DNA of 64,000 nt from Candidatus Krumholzibacteriia bacterium (GTDB lineage Bacteria; Krumholzibacteriota; Krumholzibacteriia; LZORAL124-64-63): NCBI GenBank assembly GCA_050174015.1, contig JBFXKG010000005.1, forward strand, positions 64,001 through 128,000, given 5' to 3'. A model generated the notes under the pieces. The model was not told where the DNA came from and searched no databases. It saw only the letters and a program-made list of their open reading frames with translations. Shown in pieces: positions 57,707 through 64,000 of this stretch (its first letter is position 1; the number at the start of each line of letters is the position of its first letter). Made by a program: the position numbers and the translations under genes.

Positions 57707-58416
57707 AACGCAGGCTCGAACAGCTGCACAGACGCGCCACGGAGGAGGCCGGAGGAAGCGGACCGTCCGCGGACCACCGCCGATCCCTGCAGGCCGACCT
57801 CGTGACCCGCTATCGCCAGAAGTATCCCCGCCATCGGAGGTGGCTCATGCTGCTCAGTCCCTACACGCGCACCGGTCGTTTCGCCATGGCCCTGCTGGCC
57901 ATGGCCGTCCTCAGCGTCGGCGCCTGCTCGACGTCCACCACCACCCAGGTCGAGATGGGCCGGAAGGTCAGCATCGGACTGACCGACAAGGCCGCATCGA
58001 TTCCCGACATCGACGCCCGGCTCGGCGAGTTCTTCGCCACGGTCCCGGGCATCGAGAACCTCAACATCAACATCCAGAAGTTCACCGACGGCCAGGTGGT
58101 CTTCGACCTGATGGTGTGGGGCCAGGATCTGGACGGCGAGCAGCTGATCGCCGACCTGCGCCGGGAGATCCCCGAGTTGTCCGACGCCGCCATCACCACC
58201 GAGGCCCTGACCGGCACCATCGAGGAATCCCTGGTGGACAAGTGGAAGCGCGAGATCTTCCAGATGGAAGTGGACGGGGCGACCGAGGAGGAGATCCGCG
58301 CCCAGATCCTTGCCCAGCTCGCGGAGCAGGGAGCGGACGACGCCCAGGTCGAGGTCCGCATGGAGGACGGCAAGACGGAGATCAAGGTGATGGTGACGGA
58401 GGACGTGGAGGATTAG
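57688..58416 (+). CDS. Putative membrane-anchored anti-sigma factor
   Basis: Overlaps the sigma gene 3' end; cytoplasmic N-terminus, TM 'FAMALLAMAVLSVGAC', acidic C-terminal domain. Confidence 0.55.
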   Translation: MHGDGLERRLEQLHRRATEEAGGSGPSADHRRSLQADLVTRYRQKYPRHRRWLMLLSPYTRTGRFAMALLAMAVLSVGACSTSTTTQVEMGRKVSIGLTDKAASIPDIDARLGEFFATVPGIENLNINIQKFTDGQVVFDLMVWGQDLDGEQLIADLRREIPELSDAAITTEALTGTIEESLVDKWKREIFQMEVDGATEEEIRAQILAQLAEQGADDAQVEVRMEDGKTEIKVMVTEDVED

Positions 58417-58440
58417 TCCGGCTCCATTCCGGGATGAAGG

Positions 58441-58473
58441 AACGGCTCCTCGCGAAACGGGGGGCTGTTTTTT
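58441..58473 (+). terminator. Rho-independent terminator
   Basis: AACGGCTCCTCG-CGAAA-CGGGGGGCTGTT followed by a T-run. Confidence 0.65.
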
Positions 58474-58524
58474 CTGCCGTTGCGAGTTATCCTCCGGAAA
58501 TGGGCCGATTCAGGAGAGGAATCG

Positions 58525-59289
58525 ATGACCTGCAGCAATGGCCTCGTACTCGACCGCCCCCGCGGCCGCACCATCGTGGTCGGCGACATCCACGGCTGCT
58601 GGGACGAGTTCGCTACGCTCCTGGATGGCCTGGGCTTCGACGCCGGCGACCTCGTGCTGTGCGTGGGCGACCTCATCGACCGCGGCCCCGACACCTGGCG
58701 GGTGGCCCGCTTCTTCCGCAAGACCCCCAACGCCCACACCGCCCTGGGCAACCATGAGCGGTTGCTGGCCTGCCACATCCTGGAAAACGGTCCGGCCGCC
58801 TGGTCGCAGCAGCACGCCCTGGCGCAGCTGCCCCGAGAACAGTGGGAAGACTGGGCCCGCTGGCTCCTCGACCGTCCCGCGGTGATCGCCACGCCCGACG
58901 TGGTGGTGACGCACGCCAGGCTGGATCCGGTCGTTCCCCTTGCAGACCAGGATCCCATCCACACCTGCGCCATTGGTGACCCCAACGAATGGATCGAGCA
59001 GGATCCCGCCGGCGTCCCCCTGTGGATCAGGTCGTGGCAGGACCCGCGTCCGGTTTGCATGGGCCACCTCGTCTACCCGCAAGTCGAACTCGTACCCCGC
59101 CGGCTGTACGCCCTGGACACCGGTTGCTGCCGCGGGGGAGCGCTGACCGCCCTGGTCCTGCCGGACTTCGGGATCGTCGCCGAACCTGCCCGCGCCAACC
59201 ACGCCCTCCTGTCCCGCAAGGCCTGGGAGGCTCAGGCGCCCGGCGAACCGGGAACCGGACAGGACGGATCCCCGGCTGGAACCCCCTAG
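58525..59289 (+). CDS. Calcineurin-like metallophosphoesterase (ApaH/PrpE-like)
   Basis: 'GDIHG', 'GDLIDRGP', 'GNHE', 'GH', 'LDTGCC.GG.LTA'. Confidence 0.88.
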   Translation: MTCSNGLVLDRPRGRTIVVGDIHGCWDEFATLLDGLGFDAGDLVLCVGDLIDRGPDTWRVARFFRKTPNAHTALGNHERLLACHILENGPAAWSQQHALAQLPREQWEDWARWLLDRPAVIATPDVVVTHARLDPVVPLADQDPIHTCAIGDPNEWIEQDPAGVPLWIRSWQDPRPVCMGHLVYPQVELVPRRLYALDTGCCRGGALTALVLPDFGIVAEPARANHALLSRKAWEAQAPGEPGTGQDGSPAGTP

Positions 59290-59379
59290 CCCGATGCCTC
59301 GAGGACACGAAGGTTGCGGAACTTAAGGCCATCCTGGATGATATGACCAGTGCACAATGACCACCGAAGGGATCACCAC

Positions 59380-60780
59380 ATGCAACTGACCTTCCACGGC
59401 GCCGCCGGCACCGTCACCGGCTCGCGGCACCTGCTCGAGGCCGCCGGCCAGCGCGTCCTCATCGATTGCGGCCTGTTCCAGGGGCTCAAGCAGCTGCGGC
59501 GGATGAACTGGGATACCCCGGGTTTCGAACCCGGGTTCCTCGATCGCGTCGTCCTGACCCACGCCCACATCGACCACACGGGTTACACCCCCCGCTTGCT
59601 GCAGTACGGGTTCAAAGGGCCGGTCCACTGCACCGAGCCTACCGCCGAACTGCTGGAACTGATGCTCATGGATTCGGCGCACCTGCAGGAGGAGGACGCG
59701 GCCTGGGCGAACAAGAAGGGGTTCTCCAAGCACGATCCCGCCGAACCGCTCTACACGTCGGTGGACGCCCTCAGGACGCTCAAGCTGATCCGGCCCGAAC
59801 CGTTCCAGCGCTGGATCGCGTGTTCGGAGGGGATGCGCATGCGCTACCACAATTCCGGACACATCCTCGGCGCGGGTTTCGTGGAGTTCCGCATCAAGGC
59901 CGACCGGCCCGACACGGTGAATCCGGGCGAGCTGACGGTGATCTTCAGCGGGGACGTCGGCCGCTACGACGTGCCCCTCCACCTCGACCCCGAGCCCCTG
60001 CCCGCCTGCGACGTCCTGATCATCGAATCGACCTACGGCAACCGCACCCACGACCACGAGCCCGTGCTGGAGCAGATCGGCGAGGAGTTCAGGCGCACGG
60101 TGCACAAGCGGGGGGTCATCCTCATCCCGGCGTTCGCGGTCGGACGCACCCAACTGGTGGGCCTGATCCTCCGCGGCCTGATGACCCAGGGCGACCTGGC
60201 CGAGGTCCCCATCCACATCGACAGTCCCATGGCCATCGACGCGACCCTGATCTACTCGCGCCACCTCTACGACGACAACCTGGACGAGGGCGTCACGGCC
60301 GACGACCGCAGCCGCCTGTTCCCCCGCAACGTGAAGCTGCATCGCACCGTCCACGAGTCCAAGCAGCTCAACACCCTGAAGGGGCCACGGGTGATCATCG
60401 CGGCCAGCGGGATGATGACCGGGGGGCGCATCCTCCACCATCTCATCCGGCGCCTGCCCGACCATCACAACCTGATCCTGCTGTCGGGCTACCAGGCGCA
60501 GGGTACGCGGGGCCGGTCGCTGCAGGACGGCGCCGACCATCTGCGCATGCACGGCCAGAACGTGCCGGTCCACGCCAAGGTGGCGACCATCGATGGACTC
60601 AGCAGCCACGCCGACATGAACGAGCTGATGCGCTGGGTCTCCACGGCTCCGCAGCCGCCGAAGCGGGTGTTCGTCGTCCATGGGGAAGAGGAGCAGTCGA
60701 GCCACCTGGCGGGGCTCATTCGTACGGCGACGGGGGCGGAGGTGACCGTTCCGGGTCTGAAGGATTCCTTCGCCTTGTGA
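59380..60780 (+). CDS. MBL-fold beta-CASP ribonuclease
   Basis: 'GAAGTVTGS', 'THAHIDH', 'GHILG', 'ESTYG', 'SGMMTGGR', 'S.HAD', 'VHGE'. Confidence 0.9.
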   Translation: MQLTFHGAAGTVTGSRHLLEAAGQRVLIDCGLFQGLKQLRRMNWDTPGFEPGFLDRVVLTHAHIDHTGYTPRLLQYGFKGPVHCTEPTAELLELMLMDSAHLQEEDAAWANKKGFSKHDPAEPLYTSVDALRTLKLIRPEPFQRWIACSEGMRMRYHNSGHILGAGFVEFRIKADRPDTVNPGELTVIFSGDVGRYDVPLHLDPEPLPACDVLIIESTYGNRTHDHEPVLEQIGEEFRRTVHKRGVILIPAFAVGRTQLVGLILRGLMTQGDLAEVPIHIDSPMAIDATLIYSRHLYDDNLDEGVTADDRSRLFPRNVKLHRTVHESKQLNTLKGPRVIIAASGMMTGGRILHHLIRRLPDHHNLILLSGYQAQGTRGRSLQDGADHLRMHGQNVPVHAKVATIDGLSSHADMNELMRWVSTAPQPPKRVFVVHGEEEQSSHLAGLIRTATGAEVTVPGLKDSFAL

Positions 60781-60794
60781 CCGGATCCGGGATA

Positions 60795-61109
60795 GGGGTC
60801 ATACCTGATCCCGTCGCTCCGAAAGGCAGGTAGTCGCTCCGGAATCAGGTATGACCCCCATTCCCGCCGGCGCACATGGCGAAGGCCTTCCTGCCATTCC
60901 CGAAACAGCCGCCTCCGCTCGGATCGCCCCGACAGGGGGCCTACCTCAACGGCCTTGTACGGGGGATGTCCTGCTGGAGCATCGGAGATACAAACGAAGG
61001 CCCCGACGCGACTATCTGCCTTTCGGAGCGTCGGGGCCTTCGTTTGTATCTCCAGGGATCCTGTCAGGCATCCCCCGGCGCGACTGTTTGCCTTTCGGAG
61101 CGCCGGGGG
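60795..61109. repeat. Three hairpin elements sharing a 23-nt core (REP-like cluster)
   Basis: Core GCGACTRYYTGCCTTTCGGAGCG at 60815-60837 (-), 61008-61030 (+) and 61080-61102 (+), each inside a different inverted repeat. Confidence 0.8.
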
Positions 61110-61157
61110 CCCTGTCTGTTCATCTACTGCCGCCCAAGGTGAGAGCGACCCGCGGCC

Positions 61158-62624
61158 TCAATCCTGGTTCACGTCGGAGTAGGCGTTCTTCAGCTCATAC
61201 CGCGAAACCCCGCGTTTCTTGTCCGGATCGCCCTCGTAGCCCAGGGCCTTCCAGTCGATGCGCCCCTGGCCTTCCTTGGGATGGCAGTCGACGCACTTCA
61301 GGGCGTACTGGGCGGGAGCGACCATGTGGTTGATCTTCCAGTAGGCCGAGGTCTCGGCGAAGCCGTACTCGCCGCCGTACTCCAGGCCCACCGCCTCCAT
61401 GCCCTGCTTCATGGCGCTGTCCCAGTCCCACCCGTTCTTCCAGTAGCCGGTCTTGCCGAAGAGCTTGGGCACGGCCAGGATCCGGGCCTGCTTGTCGTAG
61501 GGCTGCTTGCCGCGCATGACCTTGAACGGGTAGATCTTGGCCTTGGGGTCGAGGCGGTTGCCCTGGAGCCAGTTCAGGTGGGTCACGCCGTCGGGGTTCA
61601 TCGCATCGCCCAGGGTGTACTGGCCGCTGACCCCGTTGTACCACGCGTAGGTGGGGACGACGTTCTTCTCCCATTTGAAGGAGCCCTTCTTGATGTCGTA
61701 GACGGGCATCCCGAATTCGTCCACGGTCGCTTCGATGTTCTGGCCGGCGGTGGACCAGTCCCACCAGGTCTTGGTGGGATTGGCGCGGGCGAACTGGGGG
61801 ATGTGGCAGGTCTGGCAGGCCACGGTCTTGTTGTGCCAGTTCAGGATCCGCTTGGCGTGCAGATCCTCGTCGTGGCAGCTGGTGCACTCGAGGTGGTTGG
61901 TGCCCCCGGGCGAATCGAACATGGCGTTGCCCGCGATGTCGTGGTCGGTGGTGGTGTGGCACTCCTGGCAGGTGAAGTCCTGGCCTTCGGGGCTCATGTG
62001 GACGTCGATGGCCAGCGGGGGTTCGGCCAGGGCCTTTTCCAGGTCGCCGTGCTTGACGTTGTTGCCGCCGCCGCCGTAGAAGTGGCAGGCGCCGCAGTTC
62101 TCGCGGCTGGGCATTCCGGCGCTGCGGGCGATGCTGGCCAGGTCCAGGGGCTCCCAGATCTTGCCCTCCCACTCGGTGGGCTCGTAGACGGGATGGCCCG
62201 CCCCGGTGGGGAACTTCCGGTAGGAGCCGGTCTGGTCATGGCAGACCAGGCAGTCGATGTTCCCGGGGTTGTCGAAGTCGAAGGTTGCGTCCTTCCAGCC
62301 GTAGCCCGCATGGCAGCTGGTGCACCGCGGCCAGTTGGAATCCAGGGCGATGCAGAAATTGTTCAGGGCGTTCTTCTTGCCGAGGGGGACCTGGCCCTTG
62401 CCCACGACGTCCTGGAGGGGCATCCAGGTCCAGTGGGACGTCTTCATGAAGTCGTGGGCGGCGTCGTCATGGCATTCCAGGCAGACCGCGGTCACGGCGG
62501 GGCCGTTTTCGAAGGGACCTTCGATGTCCTGGTGATCGGGGACCACGTTCAGGGCGAGGGCCTGACCGCAGGCGGCGGCCAGGACCAAGGCCAGGATGGT
62601 CTGGAATTGGGAAACTCGGCGCAT
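61158..62624 (-). CDS. Octaheme c-type cytochrome, tetrathionate reductase (OTR) family
   Basis: Signal peptide; eight CxxCH motifs; 'H W.W', 'GK....NNFC', 'KHGD', 'KG.F.W'. Confidence 0.88.
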   Translation of the reverse strand: MRRVSQFQTILALVLAAACGQALALNVVPDHQDIEGPFENGPAVTAVCLECHDDAAHDFMKTSHWTWMPLQDVVGKGQVPLGKKNALNNFCIALDSNWPRCTSCHAGYGWKDATFDFDNPGNIDCLVCHDQTGSYRKFPTGAGHPVYEPTEWEGKIWEPLDLASIARSAGMPSRENCGACHFYGGGGNNVKHGDLEKALAEPPLAIDVHMSPEGQDFTCQECHTTTDHDIAGNAMFDSPGGTNHLECTSCHDEDLHAKRILNWHNKTVACQTCHIPQFARANPTKTWWDWSTAGQNIEATVDEFGMPVYDIKKGSFKWEKNVVPTYAWYNGVSGQYTLGDAMNPDGVTHLNWLQGNRLDPKAKIYPFKVMRGKQPYDKQARILAVPKLFGKTGYWKNGWDWDSAMKQGMEAVGLEYGGEYGFAETSAYWKINHMVAPAQYALKCVDCHPKEGQGRIDWKALGYEGDPDKKRGVSRYELKNAYSDVNQD

Positions 62625-62853
62625 GGACGTTGCCTCCGTGTGGAGCCCCCGATCCGTCACGTTCCCCCTGTCAGGGACCGGGTCGGAGCGCTGTGAAATC
62701 ATTAACCCTGCCTCAAAATTCACCCAGCCCGGGGGTATAATCAAGAAATTTCATGACAAATTGATGACATAAAGGAGATTGGAACCGTCCGATATTCGTT
62801 CTGGGAAGTAAATCAAGAGAGCATTCTGCCGACAAAGAGGGCAGGAGGTCGCC

Positions 62854-63258
62854 ATGATCCAGAGATTCTGCCCCCACCTCGAGGAATACGGGGTCCAGTT
62901 CACGAAGACAGCCGCGTCATACGAGGCGTTCAACGCCCACATGGACCGGTTCATCGAGGAAGGTCGCCCGCCGGAACTGGTCGAGGTCCTGAATCAGACG
63001 CTCGAGGAGTGGCGCAAGGAGAACAGGACCCTGCGGGCCATGTTTCTGGAACTGTACGAAAACGGCAGGATCCTGCTGCCCAAGGGAGCTCTGCGGCAGG
63101 CGCGCCGACACGACCATCAGGTCCACGGGAAGGCCAAATGCAGCGATTGCTTCCGGGAGGTCCCGCGCCTGGTCTTCGGCGAATGGCAGCTGGCCCACAA
63201 CGGGATGGTCAACTTCCGCGGCCGGGAACTTCCCCAGGGGACGGGAGCGGGAGTCTGA
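62854..63258 (+). CDS. Hypothetical protein with a CxxC motif
   Basis: AGGAGG RBS; 'HDH.VH...KCSDC'. Confidence 0.65.
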   Translation: MIQRFCPHLEEYGVQFTKTAASYEAFNAHMDRFIEEGRPPELVEVLNQTLEEWRKENRTLRAMFLELYENGRILLPKGALRQARRHDHQVHGKAKCSDCFREVPRLVFGEWQLAHNGMVNFRGRELPQGTGAGV

Positions 63259-63261
63259 CCC

Positions 63262-63657
63262 TCAGGCTCCGAAGAAGTTCGTCTTGCCCAGGTTGTCGAC
63301 GTCCTCGCCGAAGGCCATGACCTCGTCCTCGCTGATCACGAAGGTCGCATGCTGGCCGTAGACCCGGCTGAATTCCACGGACTTGTTCCTGGCGCCGGGG
63401 ACCACCAGAGTCAACCGCGCGAAGTTCTTGTTGCTGGGTGAGGTCAGATCCTCGTGGCAGACGGGGCAACAGAACTTCACGGCCTCGCCGGTCTTCAGGC
63501 AGGTCTCGAGCTTCTCGTCGCAGATGAACTTGAAGTTGCCGGGCTGGGGACTGAGCAGGATGAGCCCTCGATTCTTCCTGCACCCGATGGTGAGGAGGAT
63601 CTTCACGCTCGGGTTGAGGACGGCGTCGCAGTGGGGACAGATGTAGACTTTCTTCAT
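63262..63657 (-). CDS. Hypothetical protein with two CxxC (zinc-ribbon-like) motifs
   Basis: 'YICPHC' and 'FCCPVC'; ATG at 63657. Confidence 0.7.
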   Translation of the reverse strand: MKKVYICPHCDAVLNPSVKILLTIGCRKNRGLILLSPQPGNFKFICDEKLETCLKTGEAVKFCCPVCHEDLTSPSNKNFARLTLVVPGARNKSVEFSRVYGQHATFVISEDEVMAFGEDVDNLGKTNFFGA

Positions 63658-63725
63658 TTCCCTACCTCTGGGCACGGAAGCAACGGGAACCCGGCGCAAG
63701 CACCGCAAGCCCGGATCCTATCACA

Positions 63726-63926
63726 TCAGGAACGGGAATCATCCCTCTTTTCCTCTCCGCCGGAGAGGAGGCTCCAGCCGAAGGCCCCGCCCATCAGGAC
63801 CATCAGGACCGGGTTGGAGGTGAGGCTTCAGCCACCCCCGTTGCAGGCGATCCAGCGGTTGGCGAGGAAGCCTGCGGCGGCGCCCAGCCCGGCCCCCAGG
63901 ATGGGTCTCGATCGTTTCCAGTTCAT
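63726..63926 (-). CDS. Putative selenoprotein, small two-TM membrane protein (DUF6132-like), Sec at codon 33
   Basis: AAGGAGGA RBS; MNWKRSRPILGAGLGAAAGFLANRWIACNGGG-TGA-SLTSNPVLMVLMGGAFGWSLLSGGEEKRDDSRS*. Confidence 0.65.
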
Positions 63927-64000
63927 GCGGTCCTCCTTGGATTCCTCCAATATCCCATGCGGGAGGGATTTTGCCAGGATCAAATGCCGGATTCCGATCA

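Noticed and set aside
58525..60780. Phosphoesterase + beta-CASP nuclease as an anti-phage or RNA-repair system
   Set aside because: Both are common stand-alone housekeeping families, and no ligase, kinase or other defence gene is adjacent.
60795..61109. CRISPR array
   Set aside because: Only three copies, in mixed orientation and irregularly spaced, with no cas genes.

Overview
GC-rich bacterial chromosomal window. Secreted proteins with a C-terminal 'YPNPFNP' FlgD-Ig-type domain, together with many outer-membrane and lipoprotein genes, suggest a diderm of the FCB-associated candidate phyla (Krumholzibacteriota/Latescibacterota-like); this placement is inference only. I support about 55 CDSs. 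They include housekeeping and RNA-modification genes (trmJ-like, rlmD-like, thiI, pgi, ettA, an RluA-RlmI/K fusion, a beta-CASP nuclease), an MCP-less chemotaxis cluster facing a CheY/CheX operon, Fur/PerR-ahpC, three sigma factors, a porin and an octaheme tetrathionate-reductase-type cytochrome. I found no rRNA, tRNA, CRISPR array or intact mobile element. The best leads are: (1) a 66-aa putative selenoprotein missed by the ORF track (63726-63926, in-frame TGA in a C-x4-U motif); (2) an operon of Omp85 barrel, exported kinase-fold protein and ATP/ADP-translocase-family transporter; (3) a five-gene cAMP make/break/sense operon ending in an MscS-cNMP channel; (4) a highly structured unannotated RNA candidate at about 47945-48242; (5) hairpin repeats with a conserved loop and variable stems; (6) a 17-Cys repeat secreted protein next to an ECF sigma/anti-sigma pair.
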